A stretch of 64,000 bases of DNA from assembly GCA_022565155.1 (NCBI GenBank), contig JADFKB010000006.1, forward strand, positions 53 to 64,052. The letters are read 5' to 3'. Of this stretch, positions 50,912-60,398 are shown piece after piece. The notes under the pieces were generated by a model that made no database searches, was not told the origin of the DNA, and worked only from the letters and a program-made list of their open reading frames with translations. Made by a program: the position numbers and the translations under genes. This stretch comes from Chloroflexota bacterium. Lineage in GTDB: Bacteria > Chloroflexota > Dehalococcoidia > DSTF01 > RBG-16-68-14. Each line of letters begins with the position of its first letter. Within the stretch, counting starts at the first letter, position 1.

Positions 50912-52150
50912 ATGGTTCAGAAGACCGAGAAGAAATCGGCGGCGACCAGCGCGACGAATGGGATATCCGACGCTCTACGCCGAAAGGCCATATCCAAGAA
51001 TTGGCCGCTCGTCGTCGTCGAGCGGGCGCTAAGGGGCGGAGTCAAGGAGGAGCTCCTCCATCAGGCCCTCGACGCTGGCATGACTCCCCTGCAAGCAAGG
51101 GAGATGATGGTCGGCGGCGATCACGGGGAGATCAAGCTCAGCATGGCCTGGGCAAAGGTCGATACCGAACGAGGAATTCGGGCAGAGATCGGCAAGAAGG
51201 GCCTGACGATCGATGCCATCAACGTCGGCTCGTATGCAGACGTGCCAGACCTCTGGCCAGACCAGACGATGCGCCCTCGCGGAGCCTATGTCAAGCCCGG
51301 CGCCGTCAGCATGGGGTACACGATCTACTCGAAGGCGGAGGTGTGGGCGGACAACCTCGGCGAGCTCTACGAGGAGGCGATCCAGCGGCGCTGGCGGCCG
51401 GCGACGGATATTCCCTGGGACACGATCGAGACTCTGCCCAAGGATCGGGAGCGAGCGATCGGACAGATCTGCACGGAGCTCTGCGAGTACAACTACGCCG
51501 TGATTCTCGCGCTTGGAAAGTGGGTACGAGAGGTCAGCTACGGTTTTCACGAGGTGAAATTGTTCCTCTCCACGGTTCTGTTCGACGCGGGCCGCCACTA
51601 TGAGGCGTTTCGCAAGCGCGCCCTCGCCAACGGCTCCGGCCTTGGCGTGCAGGCAACCGGTGACAGGCTTATGCCCATCCGGGAAGCCATGTGTTACTCC
51701 GAGATGGCGACAATGGTGTTCATGGTGAACGACAGCTTCGTGCTATCGCTCTATCAGCTGCTTGCCGCGCTGGCCCAGAACGATGCCGAGGTAAAGCTCT
51801 TTACGCTCGCGGCTCAGGACAAAGCCCGGCATCTGGCCTACGGAGTCGAACACACCCGATTCCTGATTGAGCATCAGCCTGAACGGCGGGACGAAATCCG
51901 CCGGTATCTGTTGAAGGGCGAGGAGTACATCGCGAAGGACCGTGTGGCGGACACTCCGATGAGAGAGGCGCTTGCCATCCATCTCGGTGGTGGAGTCAAG
52001 CAGATCGGGGAGGGCTTCCGCCGGCTGGATGACTTCCACCGGCGCCAGCTCCAGGCATATCTGGGCCGCGTCGAGGCAGCAGGCCTAGAGAACCACCAAG
52101 ACGTTCTGTGGCCGGAGCTAGCGGCAGACCTACAACCGGCACAGGCTTGA
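50912..52150 (+). CDS. Ferritin-like paralog with degenerate metal ligands
   Basis: Co-linear with the upstream gene (GKKGLTIDAINVG, LYEEAIQRRW..ATDIPW) but DAGRH and DKARH replace the ExxH motifs. Confidence 0.75.
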   Translation: MVQKTEKKSAATSATNGISDALRRKAISKNWPLVVVERALRGGVKEELLHQALDAGMTPLQAREMMVGGDHGEIKLSMAWAKVDTERGIRAEIGKKGLTIDAINVGSYADVPDLWPDQTMRPRGAYVKPGAVSMGYTIYSKAEVWADNLGELYEEAIQRRWRPATDIPWDTIETLPKDRERAIGQICTELCEYNYAVILALGKWVREVSYGFHEVKLFLSTVLFDAGRHYEAFRKRALANGSGLGVQATGDRLMPIREAMCYSEMATMVFMVNDSFVLSLYQLLAALAQNDAEVKLFTLAAQDKARHLAYGVEHTRFLIEHQPERRDEIRRYLLKGEEYIAKDRVADTPMREALAIHLGGGVKQIGEGFRRLDDFHRRQLQAYLGRVEAAGLENHQDVLWPELAADLQPAQA

Positions 52151-52186
52151 AATTGAAACACGGTCTAGAGATAAAGGAGAAGTATC

Positions 52187-52624
52187 ATGGCCAAATTTCC
52201 TTCTATCGAATGGTTCAAAGCGATTCAGGACGTGGCGAACGGAGATGATCGGCTCCGCAAGCTTGGCACCTGCGATGCCGTCATGGGCGTGAAGGTTCGG
52301 GACAAGGCCTATGAAATCACCTTCGAAGCGTTCGACTGCACGGGTGTTCGCGAAATCTCAGAAGCCGACCTTGCCAATACGGACTTCTACCTGGACATGC
52401 CCTACGAGACGTGGCGAGAGATGCTGGAGAACATCAAGCAGAACGGCAAGCCGGACCGCCAATATACGCTCAACACGATCGACTTCCTCGCCCCGGAGGG
52501 CTTCGCGAAGTCGGACGACCAGAGCAAGAAGGATAGCTTCTATCGGTACGGCCAGACGTTCCAGCAGTTCTTCAACGCCTCAGCCGAGATCGACACTGAG
52601 TTCGCCGCTCCCGCAACGGCGTAG
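52187..52624 (+). CDS. SCP2-like sterol-carrier-fold hypothetical protein
   Basis: N-terminal FPSIEWF, size and DFYLDMPYETW pattern typical of SCP2-like proteins; co-oriented with the diiron pair. Confidence 0.55.
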   Translation: MAKFPSIEWFKAIQDVANGDDRLRKLGTCDAVMGVKVRDKAYEITFEAFDCTGVREISEADLANTDFYLDMPYETWREMLENIKQNGKPDRQYTLNTIDFLAPEGFAKSDDQSKKDSFYRYGQTFQQFFNASAEIDTEFAAPATA

Positions 52625-52868
52625 CGAGGGGGAGGGGGAGCCACGAGATCTAGCAGCTCGCGAGCGAAGCATGAATGCCGCGCGTATAGCACCCTCGCCG
52701 CTCGGAGGCGGCTGGCCCAACATGTTGGGCCAGCCGCCTCAACACGAAGTGCCACACCCGAACATCTATTGACCGGCATCATGCTCGTGCTGTTCGGCGC
52801 GTACCTGTTGATCGCGCTGTAGATTTCGTAAGCGTAGGAGCGTCGAAGTAGCAGTTGGAGGGTTGAGC

Positions 52869-54083
52869 ATGGTTACTCTACAGTACGATCCTGCATTACC
52901 GGAGGCCCGGTCTGATCCATTCCCGCTCTACAAACGGCTGAGAGAAGAGGACCCCGTCCACTGGAGCGAGGCTCTCGATGCGTGGGTGCTCACGCGCTAC
53001 GACGACGTCGTGGCAGTCTTGCGCGACCCGCGTTTCTCAGCGGACCGCAGCCGGGCCCGCAACCGCCTTGCGCAAGAGGCGATGGCGGCGGCTGAAGAGT
53101 ACGGCAGGCCTGGCCGCGGAAACACGATGCTTACGTCGGACCCGCCCGAGCACACGCGCCTGCGGCTCCTGATTAGCAAGGCGTTTCTGCCCCACGCCGT
53201 CGAGAAGCTGCGACCGCACATCCAGGAGATCGCCGACCAACTGTTAGATGAAGCACCAGAACCGGGCCGGCTTGATGTCCTCATGGACTACGCGTACCCG
53301 CTTCCCCTGATCGTGATCGCCGAACTCATGGGCGTGCCGGCGGAGGACCGGGCACAGTTCAAGCGCTGGTCCGACGACATCGTAGCGACGCTGGGCGGTT
53401 CGTTCAGTTCGCCCGGCCTCGTGGAGCGGGCTGCGAAGAGCGGACATGAGATCTCTGAGTACTTCCGTGAAGTCATTGCACAACGTCGGAAGCAGCCGAA
53501 GGAAGATCTGGTCAGCGTCCTCGTCGCCGCTGCTGACGAGGGTGATGACCTGAGCGAGGGGCAGCTCTTGGCCACGTGTATAGTCGCGCTGATCGCCGGC
53601 AGCGAGACGACGCGAAACCTGATCGCTAACGGGATGCTGGCGCTACTGCGGAATCCGGACCAGCTTGAGAAGCTGTGGAGCGACTCGTCGCTTGTGGAGC
53701 CAGCGGTGGAGGAGCTGCTGCGGTACGCCGGCCCCGTCCAGTGCACGGCACGGGTGGCGATGGAAGACCTGGAGATCGACGGTCATGCGGTCGAGGCTGG
53801 TCAGGTAGTTTTTACCATGGTCGCCGCGGCCAACCGCGATCCGGCACACTTTGCCGATCCGGAGAGGCTCGACATCACTCGCGAACACAACTACCATGTG
53901 GCGTTCGGGTCAGGCATCCACTCCTGCCTTGGCCAGCCTCTAGCCCGGCTCGAGGCTCACATCGCGTTCAGCACGCTGGCCAGGCGCATCCCGAACCCTC
54001 GGCTGGCCACCGAAGCGTTGGAGTGGGGCCCGTCGTTCATCCTACGTGGTGTGAAGAGCCTCCCGATCACGTTCTCAGCGTGA
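52869..54083 (+). CDS. Cytochrome P450
   Basis: DPPEHTRLR, AGSETT, EELLR, FGSGIHSCLG. Confidence 0.92.
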   Translation: MVTLQYDPALPEARSDPFPLYKRLREEDPVHWSEALDAWVLTRYDDVVAVLRDPRFSADRSRARNRLAQEAMAAAEEYGRPGRGNTMLTSDPPEHTRLRLLISKAFLPHAVEKLRPHIQEIADQLLDEAPEPGRLDVLMDYAYPLPLIVIAELMGVPAEDRAQFKRWSDDIVATLGGSFSSPGLVERAAKSGHEISEYFREVIAQRRKQPKEDLVSVLVAAADEGDDLSEGQLLATCIVALIAGSETTRNLIANGMLALLRNPDQLEKLWSDSSLVEPAVEELLRYAGPVQCTARVAMEDLEIDGHAVEAGQVVFTMVAAANRDPAHFADPERLDITREHNYHVAFGSGIHSCLGQPLARLEAHIAFSTLARRIPNPRLATEALEWGPSFILRGVKSLPITFSA

Positions 54084-54138
54084 GCAGCCGCAGAGGGGGC
54101 TGCCCCTCAAGTGGCGAAGCAAAGATAGGAGGGCTATC

Positions 54139-54465
54139 ATGGTCGAATTCAGAGCCGTCGCGAAGGTGTCCGAGCTACCGCCGGGACAGCTACGGCGAGT
54201 GGAAGTGGACGGCACTCCGATATGTCTTGCTAACGTTGACGGCGCGATCTACGCGGTCGCCGCGAGATGCTCGCATGCCGGCGGCCCGCTGGCCGACGGA
54301 GCGTTAGATCGCAGCATCATCACCTGTCCCTGGCATGGCGCGATGTTCGACGTTACATCAGGCGAGGTGGCAGGGCCGCCGGCAGCTGAATCTGTGGAAG
54401 CCTACGACGTGGAGGTGGAGGGCGATGTGGTGTGTGTGGCGGTGGAGCCCATGTCACGCGTCTAG
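54139..54465 (+). CDS. Rieske [2Fe-2S] ferredoxin
   Basis: CSH...CPWHGAMFDVTSG. Confidence 0.9.
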   Translation: MVEFRAVAKVSELPPGQLRRVEVDGTPICLANVDGAIYAVAARCSHAGGPLADGALDRSIITCPWHGAMFDVTSGEVAGPPAAESVEAYDVEVEGDVVCVAVEPMSRV

Positions 54466-54800
54466 CTCCGCGTTGTGCTTCAGAACTGAGAAAAAGCAAA
54501 GTACGGTTCGGTCTCAGTTCAAGAAGGCAACTAAGGAATTAGCAGCGCCGAGGGTGTCGTGATTGACACGAAGGCAGAGGTCTGCGCTACGCTCAATCAG
54601 GCCGTCTCGCTCCTTCGGGCACACAAAAACTAGAAGTTTCTCTCCGGGGGCGGCTTCATAAAGTGGCCGTTCCCCGGAGCTGGGAATCGCCTAAGCTAAT
54701 GGGCCGACCTCCTAATTGATCCGCGCGGCGACCCCCTAATTGTTAACAGCTTGTATCGCAGATCGAGGAGGCGTATAGTCGGTAGCAGCTTGCAGAGTCG

Positions 54801-54852
54801 TGAGCTCATTGCCAAGGAGGGGGCGCGGGTTCGAATCTCGTCTTGCGCTCCA
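54801..54852 (+). pseudogene. Degenerate tRNA-Gly(GCC) 3' portion
   Basis: CTCA-TTGCCAA-GGAG anticodon arm, GCGGGTTCGAATCTCGT T-arm, TCTTGCGCTCCA end; no D-arm or 5' acceptor strand. Confidence 0.65.
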
Positions 54853-55041
54853 GCTACGAACACGAACGGGGTTGCTGCGTGTGCGGCGACCCGTGTAATT
54901 TGCCACATCGTCCTATGGCTCGCCCGGCGGTAGTAGCCATAACGGTCTGTCCCTAGCTTGATCTCAAGGCTGAGGGCGCGTACGCTAATGCGCAGTTCCG
55001 GCAAACAGATCGCCGGCTTGTAGTACGAAGGGAGATTGGCT

Positions 55042-56460
55042 ATGAAAGCCTGGATTTCTCGCCATCGATGGATGTTCCTGGTGGTGGCGGGTCTGACTGC
55101 GCTGCTGGTGCTGGCGGCATGCGGCGACGACGATGAAGACGAGGTGCCTGCAGCAACGGAACCGCCGGCGGCGACGGACGTAACCGTGGAAGCGCCGTGT
55201 GAAGGTGGCCCCGGGGTTACCAACGTCGGCAGCGGCGGTGTTTCGGCCTCGAGGCTGCAGGACGGAGAGGATCTCAAGATCGGTGTGCTGGTACCGAGCA
55301 CCGGCGCGCTCGCCACATTTGGCCCCGACTACATCAACGCAGCCAATCTCGCCGCCAAGTGCATCAATAATGCCGGCGGGGTGAACGGCGGCAGCGTTGT
55401 GATCGTTACGGGCGACACGGGCACAGCGGCGGAGCAGGGCGTCACGGAAGCGCAGCGGCTGGTGGACATCGAGGGTGTCGTCGCGATCATGGGCGCGGCG
55501 TCGAGCGCCGTTACGCTCGCGGTTGCGGAGACGGTAACGATTCCTGCCGGCATCATCCAGATTTCGCCGGCTTCGACATCACCGGCGCTGACGGACGTCG
55601 AAGACAACGACTTCCTCTTCCGCACGCCGATCTCAGACGCGGCCCAGGGAGTGGTGCTGGCTCAGCTCATCTTTGAGGACCTGGGGCTGACGAGCGTCTG
55701 CGATTTGTTCGTGAACAACGCCTATGGCCAGGGGCTCTCCGCACAGTTCGGCGAAACGTTTGCTGAGCTGGGCGGCACGGTGACGGCCTCCGTTCCGCAC
55801 GACGACGCAGAGGCGATCAGCTACAGCGCGGAGCTGGGCGAGTGCACGGCTGGTGACCCGGAGGCGCTGGTTGCGATTAGCTATCCGACGGGCCAGGCGA
55901 CGGTCTACCTGCGCGAGGCGCTGGAAGGTGGCCTGATCGATAACTTCGTGTTCGTGGACGGAACCAAAGAGCCCTCTATCTTTGACGACCTGGGCTGGGA
56001 GTTATTCGACGGCATGCAAGGAACGGCGCCGGGCGCGCTCGACAGCGAGTTTGGTGACGCATTTGACGATGCGTTCGTCGCCGAGTACGGCGCGCTCTAC
56101 GAGACGCCGTTCGTCCGCGAGGCCTTCGATGCGGTGATCGCCGTCGCATTCGGCGCGCAGCAGGCCGGGACGAACACGGATTCCGCCGCGATTCGCGACA
56201 GCCTGCGCGACGCCTCCAACGCTCCGGGTACCGTCTACGGCCCGGGTGAGGATGACATCGCGGCCGCGCTGGCAGCGATCGCTGCTGGCGAGGACATCGA
56301 CTACCAGGGCGCGTCCGGTTCGGTCGACTTCGATGACGCCGGCGACATCGCGTTCGGCGCAATCGAGATCTGGCAGGTGGATGCAGAAACGGAGACGCTG
56401 GTGACGATCCGGCGTGTATCCGTGGACCTGGTGACCGGCGAGATAAAGGACCTACCGTAA
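55042..56460 (+). CDS. Liv-type ABC transporter substrate-binding lipoprotein
   Basis: Lipobox LAAC, INNAGGVNG, GAASS, QISPASTSPALT, FRTPISDAAQG, IDYQGASG. Confidence 0.9.
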   Translation: MKAWISRHRWMFLVVAGLTALLVLAACGDDDEDEVPAATEPPAATDVTVEAPCEGGPGVTNVGSGGVSASRLQDGEDLKIGVLVPSTGALATFGPDYINAANLAAKCINNAGGVNGGSVVIVTGDTGTAAEQGVTEAQRLVDIEGVVAIMGAASSAVTLAVAETVTIPAGIIQISPASTSPALTDVEDNDFLFRTPISDAAQGVVLAQLIFEDLGLTSVCDLFVNNAYGQGLSAQFGETFAELGGTVTASVPHDDAEAISYSAELGECTAGDPEALVAISYPTGQATVYLREALEGGLIDNFVFVDGTKEPSIFDDLGWELFDGMQGTAPGALDSEFGDAFDDAFVAEYGALYETPFVREAFDAVIAVAFGAQQAGTNTDSAAIRDSLRDASNAPGTVYGPGEDDIAAALAAIAAGEDIDYQGASGSVDFDDAGDIAFGAIEIWQVDAETETLVTIRRVSVDLVTGEIKDLP

Positions 56461-56484
56461 CGGCGGCGGCGAGGCGTAAGTAGT

Positions 56485-56514
56485 ACAGAGGCCCGGCTTA
56501 TGCCGGGCCTCTGT
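56485..56514. terminator. Hairpin terminator between convergent genes
   Basis: ACAGAGGCCCGGC-TTAT-GCCGGGCCTCTGT perfect 13-bp stem followed by a T-rich tail. Confidence 0.8.
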
Positions 56515-56519
56515 TGTTC

Positions 56520-57674
56520 TCACGATTCCGGTGCCGCGGCGGGTTCGGGCGGTTTCTTGCGCTGATGGCGCATCTGCCTGTCGAGCCAGCTCGAAACGCG
56601 GCGCTCCTCCGGCACCAGGCCTTGCGGCCGTAGGAGCAGCACGATGACAATCAGCGCGCCGACCAGGAAATCGCGCATGAAGAAGATGCGGCTACGAAGG
56701 ATGTCGGGCAGATCGTAGCCGTTGAGCTGCAGCGTCGTCGTCCAGAGGCCCCAGACGACGTAGGCGCCGGCGATCGCTCCCCAGTTGTTGCCGCTGCCGC
56801 CGACGATGAGCATCGCCCAGATGAGGAACGTGGCGAAAAAGTGCTCGAACGTCGTCGGGCCGATCGACCCGCGATTGAACGCGAAGATCGCGCCGCCCAT
56901 GCCCATGATCACCGCGCCCATGACGAAGCCCTGCATCTTGAACGAGAACACGTTCTTGCCGCTGGCGGCGACGGCGACCTCGTCCTCCTTCAGCCCCCGC
57001 AGCACGCGGCCCCAAGGTGAGCGGATGCTGCGCTCCACGACGAGGAAGACGATGGCGACAAGGACGACGACGATCGCCAGGTCGACGAAGCGCTGGGTAT
57101 CGGCCGAGAAGTAGCCGCTGAGCGGGCTGGGGATGCCGATCATGCTGCGGCTGCCGTTCACCAGACCGTCTTCCTGAATGACGACGCGTCGCAGCAGCTC
57201 TGCGACGCCGAGCGTGGTGATGGCGAGATAGTCCTCGCGCAGGCGTAGCGTCGGCAGCGCGAGGAGCAATGCGAGCAGGCCGGAGGCGATGCCGGCGGCG
57301 AGCGTGGCGACGATGAACGGCAGCCACTGCTCGCTATCGAGAAACGGCGGCGAGAAGACGTCGCCGAAGCCGCCGACGTAGCGCAGCGACGAGTCGGGAT
57401 CTGCCGGCCCGACAGAGAAGATCGCGCCGGTGTAGGCGCCGACCATGAAGAAGGCGGCGACGCCGAAGTTGAAGACGCCGGTGTAGCCCCACTGGACGTT
57501 TAGGGCGAGCGTAAAGATAGAGTAGATTCCAACGGTTGTGAGGAAGGCAGCTAGGAAGGGGATGACGCCGGTGTCCAGGCTGAGTTTCCAGCCCGAACGT
57601 TCCGCCGGGATGATGACAATGAGCAGCGTGACTGCGAGGAGCGTTACGGGCGTGATCAGCCGGCCGGTGCGCAT
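56520..57674 (-). CDS. livM: Branched-chain amino acid-type ABC permease
   Basis: LNVQWGYTGVFNFG, LRLREDYLAITTLG, SPWGRVL, IVGGSGN, RPQGL. Confidence 0.85.
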   Translation of the reverse strand: MRTGRLITPVTLLAVTLLIVIIPAERSGWKLSLDTGVIPFLAAFLTTVGIYSIFTLALNVQWGYTGVFNFGVAAFFMVGAYTGAIFSVGPADPDSSLRYVGGFGDVFSPPFLDSEQWLPFIVATLAAGIASGLLALLLALPTLRLREDYLAITTLGVAELLRRVVIQEDGLVNGSRSMIGIPSPLSGYFSADTQRFVDLAIVVVLVAIVFLVVERSIRSPWGRVLRGLKEDEVAVAASGKNVFSFKMQGFVMGAVIMGMGGAIFAFNRGSIGPTTFEHFFATFLIWAMLIVGGSGNNWGAIAGAYVVWGLWTTTLQLNGYDLPDILRSRIFFMRDFLVGALIVIVLLLRPQGLVPEERRVSSWLDRQMRHQRKKPPEPAAAPES

Positions 57675-58762
57675 CAGCTCGTCGTCCCGAAGAGGCCGCG
57701 CGGCCGCAGCAGCAGGATCAGGATGAGGATGACGAAGGCCACCGCCGGTTTGTAGCCGGCGGAGAAGAACTCGACGGAGACCTCCTGCGTGACGCCCACG
57801 ACCATCGCGCCGATAAAGGCGCCTTGCGGCTTGCCGATGCCGCCAAGGATCGTTGCGGCGAAGAGCGGCAGGATCAGGCCGAAGCCCAGGTCAGGCTTCA
57901 GCGACGCTTGAATTGCAAGCAGGCCACCCGCGATCGCCATCAGGCCGCCGCCTATCGCCCAGGTCCAGATGATGATCCGGTCCGTGTTGATGCCGCTCAC
58001 CAGGGCCAGATCAGCGTTATCGGCCATGGCGCGCATGGCTTTGCCCAACTTCATGTGGAAGAGGAGGATGTAGAGCAGCAGAGCGAGCGCGAGCGCGACA
58101 ACGAAGATGAAAATCTGGTCCGTCTTGAGCACGATGTCGAGCGGGTAGTGCTGGGCGAGGTGGATGCCGGAGACGTAACGTCGCGGGTCCGGGCCCCAGA
58201 TGATCATCATCAGCGCCCTCGTCGAGAAGGCGACGCCGAGCGCCGCCATGGCGAAGATGACGATGCTGCTGTTGCGGCGTCGCAGCCTCCTATAGACGAG
58301 TCGATCGAGGGCGATCGAGAACAGGGCCATCGCCACTCCGGCGAGGACGATCGCTATCAGCAGACCGTAGCCGAAGCTGAGGTCGCCAAGCTTGCTGGTG
58401 GCGCCCGGGAGCTGATCGAGGCTAATGCCGATATCGGTGTCGATGTTCGCTTGGCTGCCGACGACGGTACCGGTGAAGAGCAGGTAGGCGATGTAGCTGC
58501 CCAGCATCATCGTGTCGCCGTGGGCGAAGTTGGCGAAGCGCAGGATGCCGAAGACCAACGTCAGTCCCATCGCGCCTAGAGCGAGGACGCTGCCGACGAT
58601 CATGCCGACGACGAAGAGTTGCGTCTGGAAGATTGCCGCCCAAAGAAAGAGCGCGGCGATCAGCGCCCAGAGGCCGATCGCGCCCGGCCGGTCGCCGAGG
58701 CGGCGGTAGCGGTCGCGCGCGTCCGCGAGCCGGGCGGCGTATCGATCGGGCAGGATCGTCAT
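57674..58762 (-). CDS. livH: Branched-chain amino acid-type ABC permease
   Basis: GLTLVFGILRFANFAHG, GKAMRA, ILGGIG, RPRGLFG. Confidence 0.85.
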   Translation of the reverse strand: MTILPDRYAARLADARDRYRRLGDRPGAIGLWALIAALFLWAAIFQTQLFVVGMIVGSVLALGAMGLTLVFGILRFANFAHGDTMMLGSYIAYLLFTGTVVGSQANIDTDIGISLDQLPGATSKLGDLSFGYGLLIAIVLAGVAMALFSIALDRLVYRRLRRRNSSIVIFAMAALGVAFSTRALMMIIWGPDPRRYVSGIHLAQHYPLDIVLKTDQIFIFVVALALALLLYILLFHMKLGKAMRAMADNADLALVSGINTDRIIIWTWAIGGGLMAIAGGLLAIQASLKPDLGFGLILPLFAATILGGIGKPQGAFIGAMVVGVTQEVSVEFFSAGYKPAVAFVILILILLLRPRGLFGTTS

Positions 58763-58767
58763 CTACT

Positions 58768-59475
58768 TTATTCTCCCAGATAGAGCCTGGCCATGTCTTC
58801 GCTCTCCAGCATGCCTTTTGCGTCGCCGTCCAAGCGATTCTCGCCGGTCGCGAGCACGTAGGCGCGGTCGCTGAGGGAGAGCGCTTCTTTGGCGTTCTGC
58901 TCCACGAGCAGGATAGCGGTGCCGCTGCTGTTGATCTCGCCGATCTTCTCGAAGAGCGATTCGACCATTTTCGGGGAGAGGCTGGCGGAGGGCTCGTCGA
59001 GCAGCAGCACGTCCGGGTCGAGCATCAGCGCCCGCGCCAGCGCGAGCATCTGGCGCTGGCCACCGGAGAGCTTGCCGGCGCTGTCCCCGCGGCGATTGGT
59101 GAGGTCTGGAAAGAGCGTGTAGACGCGCTCCAGGCGGTCGCTCAGGCCGTCGCTGCGGGTGAAACCGCCCATCTCCAGGTTCTCGTTGATGCTGAGGCTG
59201 GGGAAGACGTTCTCCGTCTGGGGGACGTACGACATGCCGCGCGCCACGATGCGGTCCGGCGGCTGGTTGGTGATGTCCGTGCCGTTTAGCTGCACGCGGC
59301 CGCTTGAAGTTGGGATGAGGCCGAACATCGCCTTGAGCAGCGTCGATTTGCCGGCGCCGTTCGGGCCGATGACGGCGACCATCTCGCCCTGGCCGATCGA
59401 GACCGAGACGCCGTGTAAGATTTCGACTTCGCCGTAGCCGGCGACGATGCCGGTGGCCTCCAGCACGGCGGTCAT
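58768..59475 (-). CDS. livF: ABC ATP-binding protein
   Basis: GPNGAGKST, LSGGQRQM, LLLDEPS, LLVEQNA. Confidence 0.88.
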   Translation of the reverse strand: MTAVLEATGIVAGYGEVEILHGVSVSIGQGEMVAVIGPNGAGKSTLLKAMFGLIPTSSGRVQLNGTDITNQPPDRIVARGMSYVPQTENVFPSLSINENLEMGGFTRSDGLSDRLERVYTLFPDLTNRRGDSAGKLSGGQRQMLALARALMLDPDVLLLDEPSASLSPKMVESLFEKIGEINSSGTAILLVEQNAKEALSLSDRAYVLATGENRLDGDAKGMLESEDMARLYLGE

Positions 59476-60266
59476 CGATACTGTCCGCCGAGGTAGGCGT
59501 CCAGCACGCGCTGGTCCTTCTTCACCTCGTCGGGCGTGCCTTCGGCGAGGTAGCGGCCTTCGCTCATGACGATGACGGGATTGCAGAGGCGGGTGACGAG
59601 GTCCATATCGTGCTCGATGAGGAAGATGGTGATGCCTAACTCCTGGCAGAGGACTTCGATCTTGCCGACCAGCTTCTGCATCAGGACGCGGTTGACGCCG
59701 GCGCCGGGTTCGTCGAGAAGGATGAGCTTGGGGTCGCACATCAGGGTGCGGGCCAGCTCCAGCAGCTTCTTCTGGCCGCCGGAGAGGTTGGAGGCGAACT
59801 CGTCGCGCAGGTGGGAGAGCTCGACGAACTCGAGCACTTCCATCGCCTTATCGAAGTGCAGACGCTCCTGGCGGGAGACGCGGCCAGAGAAGAGCAGCGG
59901 GTTCCAGATCCGCTCGCCAACCTGGTTGGCTGGCACGAGCATGAGGTTCTCCAGCAGCGTCATCGTCTTCAGCTCTCTCGGGATCTGGAACGTGCGTACG
60001 ATCCCCTCATGGAAGACGCGGTGGGGAGGGAGGCCATCGATGCGGCGGCCGTGGAAGAGGATGCGGCCGGCGGTCGGTTTTTCGGCGCCGGTGATCAGGT
60101 TAAAGAGGGTCGTCTTGCCCGCGCCGTTGGGGCCGATCAGGCCGGTAATCGTCCCTTCGCGGATTGATAAGTTGCAGTTGTTGACGGCAAGAACGCCGCC
60201 GAACGATTTGGAGAGGGCGGCGACCTGAAGAATCGGAGTCTTCGTCGGCATATCGATATCGTTCAC
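59472..60266 (-). CDS. livG: ABC ATP-binding protein
   Basis: KSFGGV, GPNGAGKTT, RTFQ, LLDEPGAG, IEHDM, AYLG. Confidence 0.88.
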   Translation of the reverse strand: MNDIDMPTKTPILQVAALSKSFGGVLAVNNCNLSIREGTITGLIGPNGAGKTTLFNLITGAEKPTAGRILFHGRRIDGLPPHRVFHEGIVRTFQIPRELKTMTLLENLMLVPANQVGERIWNPLLFSGRVSRQERLHFDKAMEVLEFVELSHLRDEFASNLSGGQKKLLELARTLMCDPKLILLDEPGAGVNRVLMQKLVGKIEVLCQELGITIFLIEHDMDLVTRLCNPVIVMSEGRYLAEGTPDEVKKDQRVLDAYLGGQYR

Positions 60267-60398
60267 TGTGGCGTTGCTGCTGGCATACTCGCCTCAGTAT
60301 AGTGGCCGTTCGGGACACCGGCCACCGCATAGCTCTTGCCTATGGTACAATCCGCCCGCTGACCGGAACGATACGTGCTGGAAGTGAGGAGAGAGACG

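Noticed and set aside
54563-54593. TTGACA...TACGCT promoter
   Set aside because: 19-bp spacer and no clear downstream gene nearby.
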